Shown here: positions 49,321 through 61,399 of the stretch, piece after piece | Numbering within the stretch: the first letter of the stretch is position 1 | How the letters are laid out: each line of letters begins with the position of its first letter | Source: Harriotta raleighana | Lineage: Eukaryota | DNA length: 64,000 nt | Assembly: GCA_050575255.1 (NCBI GenBank) | Contig: JBNZDD010013718.1 | Location: 6,236,334 to 6,300,333, forward strand | Direction: 5' to 3' | Translations under genes and position numbers: made by a program | The notes under the pieces: model-generated | What the model was told of the DNA's origin: nothing | Databases searched by the model: none | The model's input: the letters and a program-made list of their open reading frames with translations, nothing else

Positions 49321-52300
49321 CCCAAATAATCTAACATCAGGCTGCCTTTACTCACTAGTCAATTTACAAAGCCCACAGGAAGGCTGTGACTCCAACACCC
49401 ACTCTCCATGGATGAAATGCATTTGGATTTTAATCTTTGGGAACCATCCTCTGTCTGTAAGTAAATTTTGTTTTTAACAAAAAAGTTGACCTCAATGAGA
49501 ACATTGTATTATTACTAAGAAAATATTAGAAATCTGAGGTGGGGAACTTAACTAGTCAGCGTCAGTTTTCCAGAGACATCTTATGTAGGTTTCCCTGTAT
49601 CTAATTTGTTTCAGCAAGCACTGCACTTTGCACTGCCGGGAGTTAATGCTTCAGTGTGTCCTTGACTTGATGAAGTCAATCATTTTCAGTGAACATTTAC
49701 AATATGCAGCAAATACAAGCGTGATGGATTCTTCAATTCCGAAATTCCAGAACACAGCATCAGTTCATAAATAAAATAATGAACTTGTTATTCATTTCTG
49801 AATTCTCTCCATTTGGAGAACGTAATTAGACTATAATGGATTAAATGTGAATATGGATTACAATAGGAACAAGTTCACACATCTTACATGTTCAAGTATC
49901 TCTTAAACTGGAGTCTGACAGTCTGCAAAGCAATTCAATTGGGGGCTAGGATTCTTCCTACTCAGCTCCTGTTAACCCTTTTAAGTCTGGTTGTGTTGGA
50001 GCATGGCTCCAAGGTGACATGCTTGGCGATGGGATGTTAAAATCGATCCAGCTTTCTGTGATGGTAGTCTAGTTCCTGAGCCAGGCAGGTCCGCAAAATT
50101 CCAGGATACTGTTCACTGTGCTCATCGGCAGTACTGTACCTGGAAGGGCTGACCAGTCACTGGGGGCAGGAAATAATTTCATTCAGCTCCCGTTAACCCT
50201 GCAGGCTGAAGTCCTAACAGGTAGGCTGGCCTTAACTGGATGAGCAGCAGGAAAGCTTGCTATATTAATGGCAAGCAATGCAGTTTAGCTGGTTAGACTC
50301 CAACAATATCCCATCACACAATCTGGGGTCCTCAAGCCTTGGCTCTTGCAAACCTGCACCTAATACTTTCCGGAATTAGGTGAGCAGGATGCATCCCTCC
50401 AGGGAGAAAGTGCAAAAATCTATCTCTGGGATTTCCATGTGTAGGTTGGTTGCATGGAAATCACATCTTGATTTCGATAGTCTTAACCATGGTGATGGGT
50501 TTCTGGATGTGCCAGACACCCGGCTGACCTCCCCAAAAATTAACCCAGACATGTAGAGTGCTCCTACCTTGTCAGTTGGACAAAAAAAAATCATAGAAAT
50601 ATCAAAATAGCTTAGATTTCTGCCATGAATCAAGAAAATAAAGAAACATTTATTTCTTGGCCAAGCCAAATGGTTGAGCACCTCTGCCCTAGCTGAACAA
50701 TTAGTGGGAGTCTTGCCATTGAGTACTAGCGAGACTGATTCCAGCAGTACCCCAAATCCCACTCTGGGAACCTCAAGCCTTGTCTGTTGCCAACCTGCAT
50801 TGTATACTTTTCGGAATAGGACTAGTGTTTCAGTGATCGGGTTAGTATCTCCGGAATTGGGCTGCATCTGTGGAGAGAGCGCCCATTCCATTCCATTCGA
50901 TGCTTACATGAAGCTCTCAATACTGCACTTTGATTTGCATGCTCTTAAGCATTGTTGATGGGTTTTCTCATGTCTCAGACACATGACTGACACCAACCCC
51001 CACACTCCACTCTTCATAAACTATAACATTAACTGAAAGTATAGCTTGCACAATATTAACGTAAGCACATAGGGTTACATTCAGCACAGTGTAATATGTG
51101 AAATGATTCACCAAAATGAGAAACACTGGAAATCCAAAAGAGAGAGCTGGGTTAATGGTCTGGGCACCCGTCTTCATTAAACTGCAACAGTGGTCTGTGG
51201 AGACCTCGTATAAGATTGAGGAGGGCAAGATAAAACCCCCAAAAGAACGCATGGGAAGAGATTAAAATTGATTAACTCTGGAAATGCCAAGCCATTAGCA
51301 CACATGGAGGATTGTTAATGAGAAGTTGAGGAGTCAGCAGCAAGTGGTGCAAAAGGTGCAGGTGAGAAGGATTGGAGAAAAAAATACAAACAAGAAAACA
51401 TATCCACAGTAAGGTACAACTCCCACCGGCTGAAATGAAGTCAGATTTTCATTTTGAAGTGATTTGGGTTTTCTTTAAATAAAAAGGGTAAAGTTGACCT
51501 CAATTCTCACTTTCCTGATATCAGTGATAAACAGGGAAATAATAATTGGGAAATAAAGAGTAAATGTTTAAAGCTCTATTTTGCGCCTCCTCAATCAGCT
51601 GGGCAGACAAATTGGGATCAGCGATTTGAAAGCCTCCAAAATAGTAAACAGAAAAGCATTGAACAACATAGTAACCTCCACACAACCATGCATTTCCGAC
51701 TTGCATTAAACGCGTTGGGACGTCTAGAAGACGTGATAAGGCACCATTATCAAATGCATTATCAAATTATTATTATTATTTCAGATATCTCCGACTGGAA
51801 CCTCACCACTTGAGCTAGCTGAGCAGACTCATATTAGCATCTCTTGTCTCCCACCTTTTGCAAATATCGCAAATTAGATGACAATGAGGAAAATTAAAAG
51901 ATCAATTACCCGCAATGATTGCACCCCCGAGCAGAGAGGATTCAGAAATAAACGGAAATAATAAAAATGAAAGTCTGCTACACGCACACACACACACCAC
52001 ACGTTCATTGAAGTGCCAAGTCAAATTGCAACACAGAAAAACAAATCTCAGTTTACAAAATGCATAGTACCTTTGTTACCAGAGTTTCAAAAGGCTGAGC
52101 CAAATGATAAGAATAAAAATACTTTTTACATTCAAAGGATAAGGATCTGATAATCTGATATAGATTCTTTCTGTTCCTTTAACTCTTTCCTCTGCGCATA
52201 GTGGTATAATAGAGTATGTGTTTGCTGTGAACTGTTACACGGTGGTCCACAGATGATTGAAATAGAGAGCAGTGTAAAAGTAGATACTTTAGCGCCCTCA

Positions 52301-52565
52301 GAAGGAATTTCTAAATCAGTACAAGGTACACACAACAGCAGACAACCACGATAAACTTCAGAGTTGTCACAAAAAACCATCTGCAGTTTTCTAAGTATCT
52401 ATCTGCCTGCCTACACTTAAATGCACAGAATTTGGAGGACTTAGATTCTGTGGGGGGCACAACCAGACAGAATATCTATCGCAGATTTCACAGTTTTATA
52501 AAAACAGTTTGCATCTCAGTACTAATCTGATGAGCACTGGAAACATCCACCGTGACTCATATTAT

Positions 52566-52868
52566 ATAATAATGATCCTTGCATTTGATATAGCGCTTTT
52601 CATGTCTTCCAGACATCTCAAAGCGCTTCACAGAATATACTGCAAAGTGAATTGACTGTATATTTGTGGGAGAAACACAGCAGCCAATTGTGCACAGCAC
52701 TGACCCACAAACAGTTCTGGTTTGAAATGATCAATTTTTTTTGAGGGATTATTGTTAGGCGTGTGGAGTAAGAAAACCTGCCCAAAGTTTTGCCCTGACC
52801 TTCCTGGGTTCGAACACAAGTCTCAAGCTTGTAAGGTGAATACTCTAACCACTGAGCTACACAACTCC
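52566..52868 (-). mobile_element. Full-length tRNA-derived SINE, short form
   Basis: ggagttgtgtagctcagtggttagag...gttcgaaccc head and canonical tail on minus. Confidence 0.93.
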
Positions 52869-54074
52869 ATATTGAGGACACAGTCTTGCTGATCTGTCAT
52901 TCCCCAACATTCCCTGGTCGTCCTATAGGGGACAACACAAAGCAATAATAGAAAGCTCCTATAATATCTTTATTAAGCCAGCCATTTAAGTACATTGTAA
53001 TCATTCTTTTTGAATTAGCTAACATCACATGTCCACAACCACAACAATGGCGCAATAGTGACAATATATTCCATGAAGTACTTTGAGATGTCTCAATGAC
53101 ATGAAAAGGCGTTACATCAAATGCAAGGAATACTATTATCCTTATTATATTTACAGTAGGAGAAACAAATTAACCTTTAAATTGTCTGTACATATAATGG
53201 TCGCTGGTATGTCAATTGCAAATCTACCCTGGAGGACCATCCAAGAGATGAAAGTCATAGAAGCACCAAAAATAAAATACGTTTTAACTCTTTCAGCAAT
53301 ATGAGTATTGCCAGAAAGTCAGCACTGAAAGAGGAATGTGCAGCTGTGTGGGTCTGCAGGTTTAGAAACTCTGTGGAGATGTGATCCGATACAATGAAGG
53401 GCAGCTTTCCAGCTGTTTCATGACTTTTCTGTTGTACATAGAGCCAATGAGGCAATTAGTAGAAATATTGCTTGCAAGTCCCTAAGTCATTTTTTTTGGG
53501 GGGGGAAAGAAATTGAGAATAACCTTAGGCACAAACAATTATAAGAGGTGGTTTCAAACTTCTGTCGAGTGATAGATACCATACTTTTAGCACCACATAG
53601 GAAATATAGTGCTGCAATAGTGTCATGGTTCACAAGACAAAATTAAACCCAAACAGTTGGGCTATCCTTTGTCATGGAGGAGCAAGAGAGGAAATTGCAT
53701 GATGCAGTGTGTTTATGTTAATTGTCTTATTCCTGTAATAAGTAAGGCAGCCTATGTACCTCGATCACAGTACTCCTATATTAACAATGGGAGGAAGATT
53801 GAAAAAGATCCCATATAGATCAACAGGTAACATATGCAGGTGAATTATGATGTAAATAACTTCCCAAATACTTTGCAGGGATAATAATTCATTCAATTTC
53901 AAAGTAGTACATTATGTAATAATAAACGACATCTCTCACTCAACACTATGAAGCTCTGGCAAGTTTCCGAATACTTGTACAGTGAAAGAAGCTGCATGTT
54001 GTGGTTGTTGAGAGGCACCCAACCCATTGCAGCTCATAATAACATTAATCCTTGCATTTGATAATCCTTGAACT

Positions 54075-54245
54075 TTGCAGGGGGGGGCGGTAGGGTAGGG
54101 TTAAGAGGGTTACTGATGGTGCGGTTGAAGAAAATGGTATTGGGACGTGCCTTGAATGAGGCAAGAGAGTGAAGAAGGCGAAGGGACTGTGTGATAGGGT
54201 TCCAAATGATAGGGACAGAGAGGCTGAAGGTCCAACCCCAATAAG
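54075..54245 (-). mobile_element. L2 3' fragment lying between duplicated SINE tails
   Basis: FSLSVPIIWNPITQSLRLLHSLASFKARPNTIFFNR (ORF 54034..54309). Confidence 0.8.
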
Positions 54246-54248
54246 ACC

Positions 54249-54525
54249 AATAATAATAATCCTTGCATTTGATATCGTTCTTTTCATGTCTTTCAGTCTC
54301 AACTGTCAAGTGAATTGACTATATTTGTGGGCAAAATGTGACAGACAATTGCGCACAGCAGTGACCCACAAAGAATCATTGATTGAGTGACCCAATTTTT
54401 TTTTTTTTAGGGTTATTATTAAGCTTGTGGAGTAAGGAAATTTTCTCAAGTTTTACTGTGGGAATCAAATACATATGTCTCTCTCTTGTGAGGCATGTCG
54501 TCTAACCACTGGGCTACATGACTCC
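54249..54525 (-). mobile_element. tRNA-derived SINE, short form
   Basis: ggagtcatgtagcccagtggttaga head and atcaaatgcaaggattattatt tail on minus. Confidence 0.88.
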
Positions 54526-54559
54526 ATGTGACTTTGTGAATTTATGAAGTCATCAATGA

Positions 54560-54790
54560 TGGGGGATATGGAGCATGCCAGAATCTGCTGCGGAAAGAGA
54601 GCAAACAGGTCAATGTAAGTTTGCAGAGGCAAGCAGCAGCGAGGCCGTGAAGGGCATTTAAAGTAAGAACAAGGATATTTAACTCTATCCTCGGGATAAG
54701 GAGCAACAGGAACTGGACAAGGATAGGGATGATAGGGTCACAGAATCTGGTGTGGGAGTGGACACGAGCTGCAGAGTTCTAAATGATCCA
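54560..54790 (-). mobile_element. Old L2 ORF2 fragment
   Basis: Minus strand NSAARV..TRFCDPIIP.L...RIELNILVLTLNALHG, matching the L2 QNSAAR..HITPVL..RI.FK..LHG segment. Confidence 0.7.
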
Positions 54791-56239
54791 CCAGGAATAC
54801 CAGAATATAGAATAGCAGGAAAACACAATTTGGTGTAATGTGGTTTGGCCCAAATTTGACAGGATATGGAGTGGGAAGTATAAATAGAACATAAGTTAGA
54901 CTTTATCACCACATTTTAGTGTTGGACTCTTTCTCTTTCCTCCATGCCTCCAAACTGAAAAAATAGTCTGTGTTTCATAGCATAATTTTAAAAGGAATGT
55001 TTGAAGACTATATCTGGGGGTTTGGCTTTGTTTACTGGCCTTTTTCTGTCAATGTTTTCATGATATTGCCATAGAGAGTTTTCACTTTGACATGAAAGTT
55101 ATGGCAGGATTATTATTGTCCTCTTGTCTGAAGAAAGGAGAATTCTTATGGAAAACAAATAACAGTTCAAGGAGCAAACAAATTGCTTGGAAATGGTCAG
55201 AAAAAAAGCTTTAAAATGGGGGAAAAAAAAGACCACAGCTGGCAGTAAATATACAAACAGACATGTCAAACCACAACTTTTTAAATGGAGACCTCTGGAT
55301 TTAACAGAATAATTTCATTCAAGTACAATATATGGTTTAAAAGTGATTTGCATGAGTTGGATAGGAAGGTTTGCTGATCTGAAAATTGGTGGGGGGGGGG
55401 GGGGGGGGAAAAGNGTTATTATTGAGGAGATTGGAGCTCATACCCAAACAGGCACTATTCAAACATTCCTCTTGTCTTTCAGATGTTACGAAAGATTTGT
55501 GAAAAGTACAAAGGACACTCAAGAGTGCTGGAAAGAGATCAGTGAGCAGCAATTCGTGGACTCTACCTAAACCTCAAAGACTTCTACATTTGTGTGTTTG
55601 GAACTGAAATGAAAGAAGCTCTATTTTTCTGTCACAATATTCCTTACTGCTCAAAGCTGAAGACTTTTTTGCAACCAAAGCCTAGGATTATATTTCTTGA
55701 GGCTAGAGTAAAATATGAGCAATTCCTATTTTTAAAAACTTTTGACCAGTATTTGTTCACACATCCACAGGTTTGTGAGAGTTAACCTTGTATCCAAGTA
55801 TCAGACATGGAAGAGCACTGAAGAGTGCCTGTCAGAAAACAAGGTACCAGAGTAGCCAGTAGCCAAATTTGTCTATCTCTAGATTCACAGCCCATTGTAT
55901 AGCTGTAAACAAAGCAGCTTCACAAAGCCTTTTGACAAAGTCTCGAGAGAAAGGGAGATTTGATTCATATGCAAATATAAGCCAATCTGTTTTCTATATT
56001 AAGAAAAGCAGCAAAGGAAGATTTGCTTCTTTGTTGTTCTGTGATGGAATGCAATACATCAGAGATATCCCTTTCCCGGCACATCTGAAGGGAGAGGGGA
56101 GGATTATGTTTGAAGCATCCATTTTGTTGAATGTTGAAGCATAACACAAAACAATGTATGTTTTCCTGGTACTTTGGGCAGCCTCCATCTAATTCTGTTA
56201 TATGAGCTTGATTCTGAAAACAATATTCATTCTTGTACT

Positions 56240-56410
56240 ATAAATAGGAACAGAAGGCAACCATTTAGCCCACTGAGCCTCTACCAATAGGTTATTAGAG
56301 AATGACAATTTGTTTTAATACCATTTTCTTATCTGTTCTATATTTCCTTCAATACTCTTATTTTCCAAGTATCCATCAAATTCTTTTAATCTCAATTGAT
56401 TCTACCAGTA
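56240..56410 (-). mobile_element. Decayed CR1 3' tail
   Basis: ataggaacagaaggcaaccatttagcccactgagcct, reverse complement of a CR1 3' UTR; similar remnants at about 59860-60135 and 63470-63615. Confidence 0.55.
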
Positions 56411-57920
56411 TGGTCTTCCAGGGAATATAAGATGCATCTTGTCAAAGAACGTTTCATTCTGGACCATATCCAGAGTTTTTGAACCAGAGGAAATGCAAGT
56501 GAGAGACTTACAACAATGTGTTCAGTTTTCAAAAGTTCATGGCCAGCGAATGCAAATTATACATCAAGCAGAAGCATTCTATCTTCAAGGATAATTTCAC
56601 AGTGTTTCACACTTACTAGCTACCTCTGTCTAAAGGGCAGAGATAACCATCTATGCTCTTCAAAGCTTTGTCTGGTAGGAAGGCAATAAAGACACAGGTG
56701 GTAGCTGGAAGGAAGTTGTGACAGAATGAGATGAATTTTAACCCAGCGACGCCACAGGCTGCAAGCTAGTTTTGATTTGAGGAGAGTATTTCTTTGACAG
56801 ACTTCAAGGAAGTGCTCCATTACAGGAGTTACACTCAACAGTTGAAACTTGGGAGGCCAACTTGACTTCAGGACAGTATTGAAAAAATAACAGCGGCTGT
56901 ATCAACAGAACTGACATCAAGCACTCAAAAGAACATTTCTTACAGGATGTAGGGTGTAACACCATTGTCCACAATGAACTGCCAGCTTCCAAATTAATCC
57001 CAAATTCAATATGTGTCCAAAAGCCTGCAATGATGTTCAATTTTGAAACAATGGTATGAAGGGTCAGACAAAAAAAAAGAATTCCAGGCCCTAGTTTTCC
57101 AGAAAAAACAGCACAGATCTATAAACCAACAACTGAGCCAGAAATTGAACAAGCATTATTTGATAGGAATTCCGATTATGTGTGACTGTCACACATCCTC
57201 TTCAGGCATTATCTGCAAGGAATGTACAATCTACAACATACTTTCACCTTTTCTTTCTATAAACTAAATGAGGGCTTTTTGTTATTATGATCTGAAGCTA
57301 AACAGGCTCTTTTGGAAGGAGAAGACCAAACAAAACTAACCCCAATACAAACCTTACACCTTGAGGATTTTTGCTCTCTCCAATTTCACTCTGCCAATCT
57401 TCTCCATTAATATATTTTTTAAATTGCCAAAATCTGTGTGCTCTGAAATGCTATATCAATAGAATATTTCACCCAGCCAACTTTTGGAAATATCTGCAAA
57501 TATCTATACAAGATGAGCTCAAGCTCAACCATGAGCCTTAAACCCAAAAATAACTTGCCCAGAGAGGAGAATGCTACCATCTAAGACAAGCTTGCACATT
57601 TAGCAAAGCAGCTGCTTCTCCAGAAAGAGTATTGTTTAGCAAATGATTAAACAAAATTGGCCTATTCAAACACCTGCAGTTTAAGTGAGTCAATGCAATT
57701 TCAAAATTTAATCTGGAGTAGTAAACAAAATGCATTTCCAATATGGTTGATATATCGAGAGACTATAAAAAGTGTTCGTATTGCCCCCATTGAGTTTCCG
57801 ATCATTGCTCATAAACCTCTTCCGAATCAAAACATGACAGATGAAGAAGTTGGCTATAGCTGATAAATATAACTGAATGGTTGTCAATTGCATCTGACTT
57901 TCTGTTCTTCAGGTTTTATG

Positions 57921-58460
57921 TAACAACAATAAAATTACATTTGCATAGCGCCTTTCATATCAGGAGGACATCCCAAGGCACTGGACAGTCACTGCTTCAG
58001 ACCCGGGCTGAGGAAAGGGATTGGGGGGGGGGTGTGGTCGAATAAGGAGTTGCCAATGGGTCCATCAAAGAGGAGTCTTGAGGCGAGACTTTAAGGAGGC
58101 CAGGGAGGAGGCAAGATGGAGGGACTTCGGGATGGAGTTCCAGAGGTTAGAGGCAGAATAGCTGAAGGCTCGCCTACCAATGGTTGGGCGGGTGGGTCGG
58201 GGGATGTGGAGCAGGTCAGAACCTGCTGAACGGAGGGGGACGGGCAGGTTGGTAATGGGATAGGAGGTCACGGATGTAGGGTGGGGCGAGGTTGTGGGGG
58301 ACTGTAAATGTGATGACCAGGATCTTGAATTGGATCCTCTGGATGATGGGGAGTCATTGGAGTCAGGAAAGGATGGGGGAGATGCGGTCACGGAGTTTGG
58401 AACGGAAAAGGACACAGGCCACAGTTATCTGCAGCCTGTGGAGGGAGGAATTGGGAAGGC
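57921..58460 (-). mobile_element. L2-clade LINE 3' fragment
   Basis: PLRSAGSDLLHIPRPTRPTIGRRAFSYSASNLWNSIPKSL..SLASLKSRLKT (ORF 58065..58415) plus tail A. Confidence 0.93.
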
Positions 58461-58604
58461 TGATACAATACAGATTTTACAATACAGATAATACATATTT
58501 TCCTGATGAATTTTAATTTCTCTTGCATATTATTCTTGCGCCGATGGACGCAAAGTAAAAAATAGTCATTCAAAATTTAAAGATCACATCAGTAATTACA
58601 ATTT

Positions 58605-58610
58605 TTTATT
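58605..58610 (-). terminator. Candidate polyadenylation signal (AATAAA) of the annexin gene; 3' UTR about 0.45 kb
   Basis: First minus-strand AATAAA (plus-strand tttatt) I see after the stop codon, followed by TG/T-rich sequence. Confidence 0.55.
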
Positions 58611-59057
58611 TCACGTAAAAAAACTCAAACCTGCTTGTATTACTAGCATAGTTTGGATATGATTTAGAACAAAAGAACTGTACGGTACAGAACATTTTAT
58701 GAATGCTGACACCCTGCAATGAATCAGATAATATTTTGCATATCTAGTCTACCCTAAAACATCAGGTACACAGCACAGTGATGCTGCCAGCTCAATGCCA
58801 TTGTTTCAACTTCCAGTTGATCTATTAAGGCTTTTACAAAGATCTACCAGTACACCTGGATTGCTGAGGGAGTGAAATTTTCAAGCACAACACTGTGCTT
58901 CTTATAATTCTAGTAATCTGTGCATTTACACAACTATATATGAGAAAGGTTAAGTAGTCAAAGTGAAATATTGTTCCTGCGCAGTTTTTAAGTAGCAATT
59001 ATTTGTAGATAAAAGCAAGAATGCACTAGATTGAAATTCACGTCTGTGGTTCCGCAT

Positions 59058-59120
59058 TTATGCATCATCTCCTCCACACAGAGACAGCAGTGCCCTTTGG
59101 TAATCTCCTTTCGTCTCATC
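59058..59120 (-). CDS. ANXA2: Annexin A2-like gene, terminal coding exon with TAA stop
   Basis: cttttctttctggtctag|GATGAGACG...GATGATGCATAA; DETKGDYQRALLSLCGGDDA* vs ANXA2 QDTKGDYQKALLYLCGGDD*. Confidence 0.96.
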   Translation of the reverse strand, partial: DETKGDYQRALLSLCGGDDA

Positions 59121-59402
59121 CTAGACCAGAAAGAAAAGAGGTTATAGCTAACATTGTTGTTAACATGTAAGAAAGTTAAATTCATATTATAACAGCTAAC
59201 TATATATTTTTATTTAATCAGCTGGATATACGACACACAGATGTGAATTATTAGATATTTCATCTATTATACTTATTATTATTTATTATTATTTGTACTT
59301 AAATTAAAGGCAAAAATGCAGCAGACCATGAAGACTGTTTGGAGTGAAAGCAGCACAGTGTGTTGGAATGTCAGTCTCTCATGATATAAAACAGTAACTT
59401 AC

Positions 59403-59525
59403 AGTAAGTGCTGAATGAAGAGATTTGCCATGTTTCTTTTTGAATTCTTTCCTGATATGAAGCAGATCAATCTCACAACGAGACACCATGATCCGAGTGA
59501 GAAGCTTCTCATTTGTTCCTTTGCC
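59403..59525 (-). CDS. ANXA2: Annexin A2-like gene, penultimate coding exon (123 nt)
   Basis: gccatttttag|GGCAAAGG...GCACTTACT|gtaagt; [41 protein letters not shown], annexin repeat IV. Confidence 0.96.
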
Positions 59526-59610
59526 CTAAAAATGGCATAAGTCTGTTAAGTCTTCATTCAATGAGATAAAGATACATATTTCATGCAAAAGTTATAAAAC
59601 AATACACTAC

Positions 59611-59669
59611 CTTCATTGCTTCGATCAGTTTATCAGCAAAATATTTATGTTTGTTTTGAATGCACAGCA
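59611..59669 (-). CDS. ANXA2: Annexin A2-like gene, internal coding exon (59 nt)
   Basis: tcatctccctacag|TGCTGTGC...GCAATGAAG|gtagtg; VLCIQNKHKYFADKLIEAMK vs ANXA2 [20 protein letters not shown]. Confidence 0.95.
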
Positions 59670-60027
59670 CTGTAGGGAGATGACAATAAGACCATTATCA
59701 AATATATTCCAACTGTATGACGAAAAATTTACATGATGAATTTTTTTTATTTAAGAAATCTTTTCCTCAGATATACTGCTTTTGAACTTAGTCAGTCAAC
59801 ATTAACACTCAGAAATAGATTAATTTTCTTTTAGTTGTTTTCCACTTGAAATTGATCTTATCCTTCCAGAAGCCCCATTCCTACCAATTCCTATTACAGT
59901 ATCAAGCCATTTCTTAAATCAGTCCAGCAACCTAGCCCCAACCTTCTAATCTGATCCAGTTATTAATTACTCTATGTGTAAAGAAATACTTCCTAAAATC
60001 TGTACTCAAATTGCTCTGTGCAACTCT

Positions 60028-60095
60028 GAACAGATTCTATCAGATACACCAAGGCAGCTTGTTCTGCTGCCTTGGTGTAGCTGAAAGAAATGTTC
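60028..60095. repeat. About 30-bp imperfect inverted repeat with perfect 14-bp core and 7-nt loop (annexin intron)
   Basis: gaacagattctatcagatacaccaaggcagc / ttgttct / gctgccttggtgtagctgaaagaaatgttc. Confidence 0.95.
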
Positions 60096-60186
60096 TGGGA
60101 AAACTTTCTCAATCCCATTTCAAATCTTATCTACTAATTTTTCAATATCATTGGAAGAGAGATGAAATATAACAGAACCCACTTAC

Positions 60187-60282
60187 CCAAAGTCAACAGT
60201 CCTTCTGCTACATCTCCACCAGCACATTTTTTGATAGTCTCAGTGATTTCCATGGGGCTGTAGGTCCTGTATCGAGTAAACA
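60187..60282 (-). CDS. ANXA2: Annexin A2-like gene, internal coding exon (96 nt)
   Basis: ttttttgccctctggattag|TGTTTACT...ACTTTGG|gtaagt; VFTRYRTYSPMEITETIKKCAGGDVAEGLLTL vs ANXA2 [32 protein letters not shown]; embedded in ORF 60134..60364. Confidence 0.92.
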
Positions 60283-61399
60283 CTAATCCAGAGGGCAAAA
60301 AATAACAGATCAAAATCACTCCAATATAACTAGAATATAAAACAGGCAGATTAAAAAACTTCATGGCTGTTTGGGGACGCTACTGTGCACAATTGGATGC
60401 AGCATTCACTTACAAAATAGTCACTACACCTTACAACAGTAAATCGTGCGAAGTGCTTTGAAACAACCTCCTATCATGAAATCCTCCTACATCAAATCCT
60501 AGTACACTATTATTGTTATTAGTTGTATAGTAGATCGCATGTGATCTGCCTTAGAAAGAAGCACTTGACCAGTTGGTCTGCATGAACTTTATTTGAAGAC
60601 TGTCACTAAATGTAACAGCAGTTCATGTGAAATAACCTACATTGGAACCACTGTCCACTGCTTAAGTAATGCACTTGCTTATCTGGTTAATGGGTTACTC
60701 AACCAGGTTACTCCTCTTCCCCAACTCCACTATAGTAACCAATGGAAGAAGAAGGCAAAGCCTTTGGCTTATGGGTTTAGACCAGGTTTTTACATTTAGA
60801 GAAATAACCAGACAAAGAAAAGCCATTTGACTTTATCTCACTCAGTACAAAAATAGTGGCTTAAGTTATGCCTAGGTTTCATTTAAAATGTTCAACACAA
60901 AACTCTCTGCTGAGTGAAAGGGCTAAAGACTAAATGGGAGACGTTCACTAAGTGTCCTTATTACTGATTTTAACCTTTCCTAGCAGCTTTGGAAAACATA
61001 ATTTCCCCAATGAGTACAACAAAAGCATTAATCTGTTAGGTAATCTTTACACACAAGAATGTTTTGCTGTACATTTTCCACAGCTTTAATTCTTTTGGAG
61101 GATTTCCCAATGTGCCAGCCTGTTGTTCCTCAATATTTAATGCAATGTCCTAAATCCAAGTGTACTCCAAAGAAATCAAGTACAGTACCTACTCTTTCTC
61201 TAAGTGCAGTACTTGGGTTTCATTGGAAACTTAAAAGACAATGATTGCATCTGTCCTCACAAGCTGAATGTTTATGGTGAAATGTAAAAACACCTTGCAT
61301 TTTTATTTGCCAAGTAAGTGTCAGTTTGAATGCAGAATGTGCCAAGACTGGTTGCAGAAGTTTCATGGCAGACCACATTGATCTCAGCCATTCTCTAAC

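Noticed and set aside
50376-50891. 171-aa minus-strand ORF
   Set aside because: No recognisable homology; overlaps a diverged direct-repeat region
52527-52545. ctgatgag...gaaac hammerhead-like core
   Set aside because: Stem II closing pair (G-C) is absent and no convincing stems I/III; likely chance
55465-55570. Plus-strand splice-acceptor-like site (cctcttgtctttcag) followed by a short open frame
   Set aside because: No partner exons or recognisable protein; cannot be supported without RNA data
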